NCBI RefSeq assembly: GCF_009914755.1 | Contig: NC_060937.1 | Length of the DNA: 64,000 bases | Strand: one strand, 5' to 3' | From: the human T2T-CHM13v2.0 reference genome, Homo sapiens | In this document: in pieces, positions 28,083 through 41,456 of the stretch | How positions within the stretch are numbered: position 1 is the stretch's first letter | Layout of the letters: the number at the start of each line of letters is the position of its first letter | Notes under the pieces: model-generated | Seen by the model: only the letters and a program-made list of their open reading frames with translations | Database searches by the model: none | What the model was told of the DNA's origin: nothing | Made by a program: the position numbers and the translations under genes

Positions 28083-29878
28083 TCAGTCTGCTTTAAGCTG
28101 AGAAGGGGCAGTGGTTAGTGGGAGAGGCTGTAAGGTAGGGGTTGGTTTTGGTTCTGGTTTAAAAATTGTCGGTCTTCTTGGAGTAACATCATGTCCTGTA
28201 TGGTTCTCTGGGTGAAGGCTCGGATGCGATTTTGTAAAAACTGAGTGAATAGGCGCAAGAGGCAGAGCCCAAAGGCCAGGAGAAGGAGGATAGTTATAGC
28301 AGGGCCAAGGAGGGGAAGTAGCCAGGTGGCCCAAGAACTGAGACACCAAGGGGACCAAGGGGGCCAAGAGGGCCAGGCAGAGGAGCTGTTTTATTTTCTG
28401 AGCTTGGTCTTTGAGCTTCTTGACTGCATCTTGTACCAAACCTGATTGGTTGAGATAAAAACAGCACTGCTCATCTAAGAAAATGCAGAGACCTCCTTTT
28501 TCAGGGGTAAGTCAAGACCTCTGCAGTTTTGGAGGACTACTGCTGCTAATGATTCCAATTGTGATTGGAGGTTTGAGACGGCATTAGCTATGCCCTCTAT
28601 ATGTCCATAAGGTCTTTTGAGAGTGAGCGATAGTAGGTGAGGGAAGTGGATAGGCCTGCTATTCCAGTTCCTGTGGCAGTGGCAATTCCTAGTCTGGCAA
28701 GTAGGGATATGAGTTGTATGGCTTGACGATGTTGAACCGAGGCCTGAATTGGGGTAGGCAGGAATTGGTTTCCTGGGGCAATGTCAATTTTGGGACTAGG
28801 AAACACCAGAGTGCAGGTGACAGTCCAATTGGTGGGGATGTAGAGATAAGTTGAGGTGCCACATAGGAAGAATATGCCTGGGCTAGTTAAGCAGAATTGG
28901 TTATGTATGTTAAAAAGATTTGTAAGTTTGTTGTCTTTGTACATCCATGCCCCTAGGGTGCTAGCTAAGGCGGCTGTGGTGAGTGGTTGTAAGGGAGTGT
29001 ATGGGTTTTTTTTTGGTAGTTTTTGCCTTTACTTTCCCAGTGGAAGGGGAAGCATTTTGTGTCTATTAAGAGCTGGTTAGAGGGGTTGTCTTTAAATGAT
29101 GGGATGAGGAGGCATTCGTCTGTAGTAGGGGGGATGAGCTTCACAGGGGGATGGAGTCCAGGGTTGGAGGAACAAGCAGAGTAGTGTTTTTCATTACAGT
29201 ATCCAGAGTTTATGTTCTGTAGGAGGGTGATGTTAACTTTGTGGGGGCTAGGGGAGCTGAAAAGCATAAGGTAACCCTGAAGATCTGGAGACTGGTATGG
29301 TCAACTGGGCCCTGGAGTCGTAGGGTAAAATTACAGTGGCTTGAAGGTAGGTGTCATAGGAGGTGTCCAGAGGGTGGGTGGCATTGAATACATAAAGGGG
29401 CTTGAAGAGTTAGAAAGGTGTTGGTGGTTATGGGACCTAGGATGGGCTTGGTGTGGTTAGCATAGGGGGCCAGATAATCGAAATAGGGATATAATAATAG
29501 AGCTGCTTGTCCTATTGCAGTGAGAGGCTTGTTTGAGCTAGAAAAGGAGTTAGAAAGGTCTATTAAGGCCTTTAAGTCTGGAAATTGGAGAGGGCCACCT
29601 AGTTCATAATGGGGGTGGAAGGTTACTTGGGTTAAAACCCAGTCCTGAGCTGAGGAAGGAATTGCGCTGTAAGCTGTAGTAGATAGGTAGAAACAGAGCC
29701 AGCAGTTGCTTGCTAGAGTAGGGTTAACTTCTTTTAATAGGAGTGTGTAAGATTGAGGGCTTTGTGAAGGTAGTTAGGTATTGGTGGAGGAAGGAGAGCT
29801 AGAGTGTGTGGGGGGCAGGAGGGGCAGTAGGAGTAAACAGGCAAAGGGTAAGGATAAAAGTGAAGAAATGAGTTTCAT
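28083..29878 (-). pseudogene. env: env pseudogene, HERV-H-like gamma-type, frameshifted
   Basis: Hydrophobic leader MKLISSLLSLPFACLLLL; CWLC at 29693-29704; HNQFCLTSPGIFFLCG; fusion peptide AIQLISLLARLGIATATGTGIAGL; immunosuppressive domain LQNCRGLDL; CX6CC motif CIFLDEQCC. Confidence 0.9.
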
Positions 29879-30269
29879 CTGGGGTAAAATTACAGAAGGT
29901 ACCTTGGAAGGTGAGGTCAGTTATCTAGTCAAGGAATGCTGTGAGGGTGGGTTGTTCTAGGTAAAACCATGGAATGTCTTCTGTGAGGCAGTGAAGGAAG
30001 AGGGTGAAACGGCAAGACAGGCAAAGGCAGGACATTTAGGAGGGACAGTTACTTGTTAGTGGCTGTTATTCCTGCTATAAGGAGAATTATGAGGCAAAAG
30101 GCTATAGAAAATAAGATTTTCTGTTTGAAGTTCCACCCTGGGGGTGTTACAATATATATTCCTATAGCAAAGAGCAGAGTAAGTCAGTCAATTCCTGTAA
30201 GGGCAGCGCAGTAAATGATTTTCATTAATGAGGGTTCAGATATTTAACAGTGAAGGGTGGTAACTTATC

Positions 30270-33200
30270 TGTTAGGATTCATGGGTGAGAGGAGTGTGGG
30301 GTCTTCTGGGATGGGCGTAAGGTGGAGTCAGGTTGGCCCAAGGAGAGTGCTGGAGTGTTTGCAGGGAACAGCTGGTTGATTAGTCGGTGGTGGGTCAGTT
30401 GCAGGAGTCCTTTATAATCTGGAAAGATGGTACCAAGAGTTACGTCCTGAAAGTTTGGCTGCAGTGGGGGTAGTGAGAAGAAGTTGGAAAGGGCCTTCCT
30501 ACTTTGGTTTAAGTCTCATTGGAGTGAGGGTTTTTAGGAAGACATACTCTCCTGGAAGGAGAGTTTGGTTGGCGGGGCCTTGGTGGGGTTTTGGGAGGGC
30601 CTGATCAGCTTCTTTGCAGAGGAGATGACAGATGAGGGAGAGCGTTGGGAGGTATTCTCCTAATTGAGAGTTAGGAAGAGGTCTGTTTTGTAAGAGGAAA
30701 TTGCATTCATACATTAACTTGAATGGACTGAGGAAGGAGGGAGCTTTTGGACTGGCTCTGATGCCAGCCAGTGCTGTGGGTAAAAGGGAGATCTGTGGTT
30801 TTTTGACTTCAAGAGTGAGTTTGGTTACTGAGTCTTGAGAATCTCATTTGCCCTTCTGACTTTCCAGATGACTGGGACTGGTCTGGGATATGGAATTACC
30901 ATGCCAAGGGACTGAGAGACTTGTTGGGTGATTTGGGAGATGAAGCTAGGGCCGTTGTCTGATTGTATGGAGCGAGGCAGCCCAAATTCTAGGGATGATT
31001 TCTGTTATGAGAATTTGAGAGACTTCTGCAGCTTTTTCTGAAGGGGTAGGAAATGCTTCTACCCAACCTGAAAAGGTGTCTATGAGGAGAAGAAGATATT
31101 TATTTTTTTTGACGGGAAGGATGTGGGTGAAGTCTACTTGCCAGTCCTCCCCTGGGAGTGTTCCTCTAAGCTGATGTATAATGATGAGGAGAGAGCAGAG
31201 GGCCCCTTGGGAGGAAGTAACAGATCATATATGATAGTTTGAGGTTATGTCTTTGAGTGAGGTGAATAGATGGGGAGAGGAGAAATAAGGGCGAAGGAGC
31301 AGGTACAGGGGGTGCGCACCGATATGGAAGGATTGGTGAAGAGATGTCACAATTTCCTTGGTTTGCTCTTGGGCGAGGACGAGCTTTTGATTTTTGATTA
31401 TCCAGTCTCCTTGAAGGGAGGCCCCCTGCTGTAGTAGTGAAGGCTTTTGGGTGGGAGAGTACTTGGGTTGGACTGCTGGGGGAATGAGGAGGAGGCGGGC
31501 AGGGACAGAAGAAAGGGAGGCTTCTTTTGCTGCCTCATCAGCCTTTCTGTTCCCTCTTGAGATTTCATCTGATCCTGTTTGGTGTCCTCAACAGTGTATA
31601 ACTCCTGCTTTAGTTGGAAGGTGTGCAGCCTGAAGGAGTTGGTAAATAAGGGGGCCGTTAGTGATGGGGGTTCCTTTGGCAGTAAGGAATCCTCTCTCTT
31701 GCCAGATGGTGGCATGGGAATGAAGAATGTGATAGGCATATTTGGAGTCTGGGTAAATGATGACTCGTTTGATTTGGAGAGGGTTAGGGCTCTGGAGAGA
31801 GCTATAAGTTCTGCTTTTTGGGAGGAGGTTTGTGGGGGGAGGAGCTCAGCCTTAATTACTTGGTTTAAGGTAACTACTGCATACACAGCAATTTTGGGAC
31901 AGCCAGTGGCTCTGGAAGAGGAGCCATCTATGAATAGTTGGTCATCTGGATTAGTGAGAGGCTCGGAGGAGACGTTAGGGAAGTGTGGTTGCAGGTGGTC
32001 TACAATTTCAGTATAGGAGTGGGAGGGAAGCAAGGAAGATATTGGAATTAGAGAAGTGGGGTTAAGGGAACTTTTGGCAAGACAGAACTCAGGGTTGTCG
32101 AGAAATAGAGCATGAAGAATCTGGATGCGAGATGGGGAGAGAACGCTTAATATTTGGAAGGAAAGCAGGTCTTGTAGATTATACGGACTGTGGATGGTGG
32201 TGTCTTGACCAAATATTAGCTTTTTACTTTCTAAGGCCAGGGTGGCAGCTGCCACTAGAGCTCTGAAGCAGGTTGGCCATCCTAGGGCAGTAATGGTCTA
32301 GCTGTTTGGAAAGGTAGGCTATGGGGGCAAATGATGGAGGACTTCCTTTTGCTTGGCCAAGGACACCAAGGGCTATTCCTTGGTTTTCAGTTGTGTAGAG
32401 GGTGAAGGGCCAGGAAATATCAGGCAAAGATAGGACTGGAGCACTTATAAGGGCAGTTTTAAGTTTGTGAAAGCTAGGGCATATGTTGTGGGAGGGATTT
32501 AGGGGCTCATTTAGGGGACCTTTGGCTGCTTCATAGAGAGGGTGGGCTAAGAGAATGAAGTTGGGGATCTATATTCTGAAAAAGCCTGCTAGCCCTAGGA
32601 AGGAAAGAATTTCACTTTTTGAGGAAGGTGAAGATAGGTTGTCTATTAAGGCTGCTCGTGCCAGGGTCATGGCTCGGGACCCAGGGGAGAGTTGAACCCC
32701 TAGGTAGGTCATGGTAGGGGTAGAAAGCTGTGCTTTGGAGGTGGAGACCCTATAGCCTTTATCAGCAAGGAAATTGAGAAACGTGGCAGTGTGGGTTTGG
32801 GAGTTTTTTAGGGAGGGGCTACAGAGGAGGAGGTCATCTACGTATTGAAGAAGATGGCTAGGGGAAAGGTTTAAGGAGGCAAGGTCTTGGGCTAGGACTT
32901 GCCTGAAGAAATGAAGGCTATCCCTGAAGCCTTGAGGGAGAATAGTCCATGTGAGTTGTTGTGACTGGAAGGTGTCGGGGTCAGTCCAGGTGAAAGCAAA
33001 GAGGTTTTGGGAATCAGCGTGTAGGGGAATGGTGAAGAAGGCATCTTTTAGTTCAATTGCAGTGTAGTGGGTGGTGTTGGAGGAGATGAGAGAGAGAAGT
33101 GTATAGGGGTTAGGGACTATGGGATGAGTAGGGAGGACAGCCTGATTGATAACTTGGACGTCTTGAACAAGTTGTTATGAGCCGTCAGATTTTTTAACAG

Positions 33201-33811
33201 GGAGGATAAGGGATATAGAGAATGTATTGGTCTAAGAAGCCCATGTGAGCAGAAATGGTTTATGATGGGCTGGAGGCCCTTTTGGTTGATTAGGGAGATG
33301 GGATATTGGGGAATGTTGGGAAATTTGGAGGGGTCTTTTAATTGGATTTTGATGGGGTTATGGTGAGCAGCTATGGAAGGGGTGGCAGTATCCCACACTA
33401 CTGGGTTAACAAGAGCAGCAAGAAGTGGGTACTGAGGAGAGGGGTCAGGGGCCGGACTAGCGGAAAGGAGCAGGAGGGACTCTGGTTGACGGAGGCAGGA
33501 AAAGATGATAGAAGCCTTAAATTTGGCTAAAAGATTGCAGCCTAGAATTGGGGTAGGGCAGCAAGGCATAAGGAAGGAGTGTGAAAAAATAGTATTAAAC
33601 AGGGAACAAGTGAGGGATTCAGTGGCACGTGGACGTGAGATGAGTCTGTCAATCCCCATGACAGAGATCTGGAAGGGATGAGTGGGTCCTGAAAATTCAG
33701 GCAAAGCTGAGTAGGTAGCCTCAGTATGGAGATCGACTGACTTGCTCCTGGCAGAGGTACCCTGGGCTATGATGCAGTGATGACTGATGGGGCCGGGGGC
33801 CCTGGGGTCCG
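30270..33811 (-). pseudogene. pol: pro-pol pseudogene (protease, RT, RNase H, integrase) with multiple stops and frameshifts
   Basis: RT motifs LKDAFF, WTILPQGFRDS and QYVDDLLL (32833-32844); RNase H FIDGSS and SSQKAELIAL; integrase WQVDFTH and QSDNGPSF. Confidence 0.93.
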
Positions 33812-35420
33812 TCAGTCTTCAGTGGCCAGGCCAAGGAGCTGCGGGAGGGAGTGTGAGTGATTCTTCACTCTTTGCTTTGCCAGGACTTGGAGGAGCCAAC
33901 CTGTTAGTCTACTTGTTAAGAGGACGATCAGACTTCCAGTGGCCAGTGTGTTGGCAGGCTGGGCAAGGAGTTTTTGGCACTCGTGGGGTACGACATGCCC
34001 ACGCCCGATGGCCCTCTTTGCTGCACTTAAAATAAGGCCTGGGGCAATACTGCTATCGGGTCTTTTGTGCCCTTGGGTGCTATGGCCAGGTTGGCTGATA
34101 GTTGCTGCAAGAAGCTGGTATTTAGCACGATCTCTTTGGGCTTTATCTAATTTATTTTAGTCATCCCTGTTATTGAAGACTTTGAAAGCCAGGTTAAGGA
34201 GGTCTTATTGTGGGGTTTGAGGGCCGTCTTCCACCTTTTTTAGTTTGCACTGTATGTCAGGAGCAGATTGAGGGAAATGGGTATTAAGAACAATATTTCC
34301 TTCCCAGGAGGTGGGGTCAATGCGGGTGTATTTTTGGGGGGCCTCTGTAAGGTGGGAGAGAAATTTGGCAGGGTTTTCACTGGCTCTTTAGGAAATTCAT
34401 TTGAGTTTTTCAAAATTTATGGCCTTATGGGCAGCTTTGCTACAGCCTACGATGAGGCAAGTGATCATATAATTACGAGATGCCCTGCCGGGGCTCATGG
34501 GTTGGTATTCCCAGGGGGGTTCCTCCCTGGGAACTGCAGTGGCTCCTACAGGGTTAGTAGGGTCTTGCCGATGAAGATTGTTGGCATGAGCCTGAGCTAC
34601 GAACCACACTCTTTCCTTATCTTCCAGGTGGAGAGTAGAAGAGAGGATAATATAAAGATCACGCCAAGTGAGTTTGTAAGATTGGGTAAGGTATTTGAAC
34701 TCCTTAATATAAGTGTCGGGATCAGAGAAAAAGGACTCCAGATGTTTTTCAATTTGGAAATGGTCAGAGAGGGAGAAGGGAACATGGAAATGCAAATGAT
34801 CCCTTCAGTCCCAGCCACCTCTCAAAGGGTAAGTATGGGAGCTGGTTGTTGGGCATGCTGAGTTCATGAGTGGGTATCAGGTGGGGATGGGGAGGAATCA
34901 GAATCAGAAGCTGGGTGGCTGGAGATAGTGGGAGAAAGAGATAAGGCAGGATCGGGAGCATATGGTGGAGGATCGTGATGCTCTGGCAGAAGATTATGAT
35001 GTTGTTGGGGAGGAGGAAAGCGGGCAGAGTCAAAGGAGGAGGAATCGTCAGAAGGAGTGGTGAGGTGGGTGGCTGAGGATGGGTCAGGCTTGGAGCAGGG
35101 AAGGAGGGTCTGGAAGGCAGAACAAGACTGACAGAGAGAGGGATGGCTATGGAGGGAAAAAAAGCTTGAATATAAAGGATCTCCGACCACTTTCCATTGT
35201 GATGGCAGAAGTTGTCTAGGTCCCTGAGGATGTTAGAATCAAAAGTGTCATTTTCAGGCCATTGGGAGCCATTGTCCAGTTTATATTGAGACCAGGCCAT
35301 GTTACAATATAATATGAGCCATTTTGGCCAAATTTTGGAATGGAGGCCAAAGGCGTTAAAGTTGTGGAAGAGACATCCGAGGAAGGATGTCTTTGAGGGA
35401 GTGGACTGAGAGGCTCCCAT
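33812..35420 (-). pseudogene. gag: gag pseudogene (MA, PPPY late domain, CA, two-knuckle NC), frameshifted
   Basis: ccaccATGG start giving MGASQS; AWSQYKLDNGSQWPENDTFD; PPPY; HVPFSLSD; ends LGLATED followed by TGA. Confidence 0.9.
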
Positions 35421-35826
35421 GGTGGAATGAGTGAGGGAGGGGTGGAGACAGGAGACTTGGCCGAAGACTAGGATGGTGGAAGAAGGCATCCCCCGTGCCA
35501 TGGTTCAAGTTGGAGAGGAGTGATAATCACCCGTCCAGACATCCCTGAAAGGGAGATATTGAGGGCCTGCAGGCAGGAAAGAGGAAACCTTTGGCCCAGT
35601 ACTGGGTCTTTCGAGAAAGGAAGAGTGGACAAGGGTTCCAGACAGAAGGCAGAAGTCTCCTTTACTCATCCCTGAGGCGGCCCTGGTGTTGGATGTGTTT
35701 GTGAGCAATGGAGTGGAGTAGGAAATACTCTGGGTCTCTGGCAGGTTCTGGAAGGGGGAGTTCGGCTGGTGGAAGAGGTGGGGAGGGAAGGAGAAAGGGA
35801 GAAAGGGAGGCTGAACTCTACCACCT

Positions 35827-35844
35827 TCCCAGGTTTTGGCACCA
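35827..35844 (-). promoter_or_regulatory. Primer binding site for tRNA-Phe
   Basis: TGGTGCCAAAACCTGGGA versus the tRNA-Phe complement TGGTGCCGAAACCCGGGA; both mismatches are CpG-type transitions; 3 nt from the 5' LTR. Confidence 0.9.
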
Positions 35845-35847
35845 AAA

Positions 35848-36267
35848 TTTAAGGTTAGCTGAGAGAAAGGATGAGTAGACCCTAAGTCAGGTGAGCAAGT
35901 TTTATTGTCCTGCCAGGCTGCTCCTTGACAGGCAGAGGAGGCAGCCTGGCTTACAGACTATAGCAGGGCTTTATAGGGCGAGGAACTGGGTCAGGGTGTG
36001 GGGACTGAGTCTGGGTTACAGGTGTCCTAACCACATCCTGGAGATGTTTTTTGCCAGCTTCGTTATGCAAGGTGGGCAGGTTTTCTGACAGCATCCTTGA
36101 AGCATCTGCCAGTTCAGCTGAAATCTTTTGAACAAACAGTTACTGGAAGGGTCATTGGAAGGGGGGTCTTATTCTAGCCTCGGGAGAGCTGTGTGGGGGT
36201 CACAAATGACTGTATTGGAAGACTTATGGGAAAGGAGGGGAACAGTCTAGTTGGCTTGACCCTAACA
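35848..36267 (-). mobile_element. Proviral 5' LTR (promoter LTR)
   Basis: Homologous to 27610-28039; minus-strand TATAAA at 35970-35975 and AATAAA at 35901-35906; terminal CA mutated to AA. Confidence 0.92.
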
Positions 36268-36770
36268 GAGACGATGGGTCATCTGGCTGCTAAATGTTAT
36301 AGGATGGTCTCACTCAAATTTCCATCAGTTAATAGCCTGATAGAATAAGAGCATATGCTGAGCCAAAGTGTTTCTGCTCTTCATGATTCCTTCTAATTAA
36401 GTAGGTTAATATGAGCTTCTTCCTGTAGTATTCCATGGCAGGCTCAAGATTCCAAAGGGCAGTGAAAAAGCATGTGTTAATGTACAAATATTTTCAAGTC
36501 TATGTTTGCATCACATTTATAATGCCTCGTGGCCAAAACAAGCCTCATCACCCACCTAGAGTCAAGGATAGACAACACCTCTACTTGAGAGAATACACAA
36601 TATGCAGTGGCATAGTCAAGCAAGGTTGTTTTTTTTAATTTGCTGTCATTTTACAATCTACCACAAATTGCATCTTGCAAAAAACTAAGTGCTAGATGTT
36701 TATATACACCATGTATATGTATGTATTTAGGTACATCTTGGAAATATACGTCCTTGTATACAAATGTATG

Positions 36771-36774
<4 letters not shown>

Positions 36775-36811
<37 letters not shown>
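36775..36811. repeat. (TA)n microsatellite
   Basis: About 18 uninterrupted TA units. Confidence 0.95.
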
Positions 36812-36814
<3 letters not shown>

Positions 36815-36974
36815 TAAGCTATAAGTTTTTTAGCATTAATTCATAACACTATAGAGTCCTCTCTTTCAGATTGCTCTCATGGATCTTCAGCCAAGGCTAG
36901 AAATCAAACCATTCTAGGATTCACCTGGAAGTGCTGGGAAAATTGTACTGAATTTGCTATTCCAGGGATAGCTC

Positions 36975-37310
36975 TGTCTTAGTCTGTTCTCACGCTGCTA
37001 CTAAAGACATACTTTCCTTATAAAGGAAAGAGGTTTAATTAACTCACAGTTCCACATGGCTGTGAGGCCTCACAACCATGGCAGAAAGCAAAGAAGGAAC
37101 AAAGTCATGGCGGCAGGCAAGAGAGCTTGTGCAGGGGAACTTCCCTTTGTAAAACCATAAGATCTCCTGAGACTTATTCACTACCATGAGAACAGTATGG
37201 GGGAAACTGTCCCCATGATTCAATCATCTCTACCTGTCTGCACCCTTGACACATGGGGATTACTACAATTCAAGGTGAGATTTGGGTGGGGACACAGTAA
37301 AACCATATCA
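36975..37310 (-). mobile_element. THE1 (C-like) MaLR solo LTR
   Basis: ttagtctgttctcacgctgcta...gagatttgggtggggacacag...ccatatca; gctc on both flanks. Confidence 0.9.
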
Positions 37311-38119
37311 GCTCTTTACTCATTCCATGACTATCTATTATAGTTATCATTTGTAAGCAGTATCAGAGACACTAGGTATTCAGTGACAACAGAAAAGAAA
37401 TCTTTGTGACCTCATTGAGATAATCTTTTTAACATGGAAAAGAATGTAAAGTTGCAAACAATTGAATTGCAAAGGAATTTTTCAGATTTTGCTGGGAAGA
37501 TTTTTGGCTTAGTATATCTGAAAATACCCACATTTTCAATTTATTTTAAGATATAAAATTTGTAGGTACTACTTTTGTGATATTTGACGCCAGATACTTC
37601 CTTATGGCAAGATCTTTTCCTCTGTACCCCTAGTCCTTTGCTAAAGAGGGGAATACAAGTTTCTGTATTACCAGCCTATAGTACTTGCGGGCCAATGAGA
37701 AGTAAAATGCATTAAGTAGTTTATAATCCTGCAGTACCCCTTAAGGTTTCTTTCTTCTATTATAATATTATGACACAAATGTCTGGTAGTAAATAGATGT
37801 GCAAATATAGTGAAATTATTCTTGTTCTCTAAACTATCTTATAATAATTATATTTACATATCTTGTTCTTTCTGTGTTGGTCAGATAGTTGAAATGCATA
37901 GTTGTTCTGAAAAAGGGCCTATAAATTAGGGAACTTTGAACAAAGATGACATCAGTATTTTTTTTTATATGATAGCAATTTTAGTGGTTCATTTCTGAAG
38001 AACTTAATTTGTTTAGCTTAAAAACACAAGATACTTCACTTAAAATATTTGTGAAAATTAAGAGCATCATTAAAATAAGCATACTCTGTTGTTTTTGTAA
38101 ATATCAAACATAAATATGA

Positions 38120-39086
<967 letters not shown>

Positions 39087-41456
39087 AAGAATAAAGTATA
39101 TTTGTAAAAATAAAAATTTATGTAACAATCAACTGGCAAAGTAAAATTAACATGCAAAGAAACTAATACAAAAGAAAAGTGTAATCAGAGGTTAGAAACT
39201 CTTATGTTACATGGGAAATGCAATGGTTTCTGTTTTTCTTCATATTGTGCAGGTTCATATTTATTTTGCACCTCTATTAGAAAAGTACCATTCTTAATAA
39301 CAGGATTAAAACATAATTCTTTCACCTTGGAGCACAAAATATTACATCACAGGGATTAATTCAAGGTGTTAGATACTCAAAACTGCTGTTACCATAGTAT
39401 TTCTAATAGTTACTCAGCTGGTACTACTATCAACAAGGATGATGATGACAGTGATAATGATAACATTAATATTGATTTAGCTGTTAGGGAGAAGTTAGTT
39501 TATTGGTCCGTTTTCATGACTAATCTTATTTTATTCTAACAATTCTGTGGTGCCAATCTTTACAGGAGAAAAAAAAGAGAAAAGAATGGAGTCTTTAAAA
39601 TATACGGCAGTTTGCTCAACGGATTTGGTGGATGGTCTCTCCAATTACAAAATTCAATTTCACATACTTTGAGACAAGAAACATCTTTTTGTTGATATAA
39701 TTTATTTAAGAGATTATGCCATTTAAAAGTTTGTGTTTATATATATGAACAGACATTGAAAAACGTACCCTGAGCTTAGAATGAGAAATTTTAATTGATG
39801 AGATAATAATATAATATCCTCATTAAACATAGATAAAAATATCAGCGGAACATGAAAAGATGTCTTAAAAATCTGCAAATGTCTTGGCCATATTAGATTA
39901 AGAATTTTAATACATCCTTTGTAAGGAAGTATTTTTTAGCTTACATTATATTCTATAGATCTCATTACATCACTTAAAATATTGGTTTATAGTTCTTTTG
40001 CTTTTAAAGGAATATAAATACATATCTATATTTTATGAAATTATTAATTTAAATATATACATATATCATGATGAATGTGTGATACGGTAATAGTACATAT
40101 TGTTTTCTATAATGTTGCTTTATATGTGAGATGTTAACACTTCTCTTTTCACAATTATCTACCTGCCATATTTGCAAAAATGGCTGCCCAATATTGCAAC
40201 TAAAGCATGAAAAATATTATTGTCACTTTTTAAAAAAAATAGGGATCCTGTCTTATACAATTTCAACCCATCCTCCTTCAATTATATTTTTAATCTCTAG
40301 AAAGTTTCAAGAGAGATAGTATTAGCTCACAGGGAAACTAAATATACTAATAATGTTAGAATTGTCAAATTTTTTAAACATTGTACATTCTGTAGCTGTG
40401 TCTGCTTCAAAATTATAGCTGCACGTGGTAAATGTAAAGGAAAATACAGTATTAGAGCATTTCCCAGTACTGTCTAAGATATATCATTTAAATGGGGTTT
40501 TTGTTCTGTAAATTGAATCAAAGCATTTACAAAATAGTGTTTTCATACTCGTATTGATGGATGTGAATGAATTCTCTATCATTGTTGCTATTGTACCACA
40601 GTAGAGAAATCCAAACAGACAGGTACAATTTTCTCTAAGAACAAGATCAATTTCACTTTTTGGTAGTTTCTAAATTGTGTTTGTCAATTGTTAGTTGAAA
40701 TTATGGAGATGGATGATCACTGTTCTTGACCTTTCATTATTCTAAGGCCATAGTGTGAAGGAGCAGGTTTCTGCTGTATAGTTCTCTTGCTTTGTTTCAA
40801 TTTACAGGATATAAGAGTTATTTTTCAAAGAGCACAGTGAAATAACTGTCTATGAAGGCTTCTGGAACTCCCACACTTACAATTTAGATATTATTTCTAA
40901 CTTCTAGATTTTTACAAGTCTTTTCATACTATTATTTTTATTTAGATATAAGTTCATTTTAATTACATTACATAGACAGATTGCTTGATATAATTCCACC
41001 TGGTCATTTCACTTATGACACTTATATTGAATTTGTTTAATTAAATAAGATTTTCTTTGTACTCAATATCCTACAAAGTATTTCAATCTTAGATTTTTAG
41101 CAGCAATAATACTTCCAAATAACTTAAATCTAAAAATTATTAACTTAATTGTTATACAGATTTTTTTACATCAGAAATTATTGCAAAAATTAGTTAATGG
41201 TGATCCTGAAACAATGCTGTACACGTTCATAAACAAGTTTAATTTGGGCTGACCTTGCAGCCATGGAACGTATTTGTATTGTAATCTATATTGCTGAAAT
41301 AAGTTCAATATGAATGCGCTGGTATCACCCAGTCGCCTATAGCCATGAGGATAAAAATATAAATAAACCACTAGTTATTCAAACATTTCAGACTCATGAA
41401 CTTACATTTAATTTTTGAGGGACACATATCACCATTCCTTCTGCCCTTGCGCAGCC

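Larger units (their letters stand above)
27610..36267 (-). mobile_element. Full-length defective endogenous retrovirus of the HERV-H/F supergroup with tRNA-Phe PBS (probably HERVFH21/LTR21-like; family name uncertain)
   Basis: Two homologous LTRs, PBS, gag, pro-pol, env and PPT in canonical order over 8658 bp; 5-bp flanks cagac (27605-27609) and gagac (36268-36272). Confidence 0.93.
27450..36664 (-). mobile_element. MLT1-type MaLR LTR split in two (~27450-27609 and 36268-36664) by the provirus
   Basis: Left half caaaacagtgacttaaagtaacaatcattttatttagcccataattctgtgg; right half tgcatcacatttataatg...tggccaaaacaag, ending caatctaccaca. Confidence 0.65.

Noticed and set aside
28083-29878. Possible co-opted env (syncytin- or suppressyn-like)
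   Set aside because: The frame is broken repeatedly, including soon after the leader and within the immunosuppressive domain. The furin site is degraded (QHRQ), and the longest ORF pieces are under 120 aa.
31398-32255. Longest ORF in the window (285 aa)
   Set aside because: A pol connection/RNase H fragment that shifts out of frame after ...ALTLSK; part of the pseudogene.
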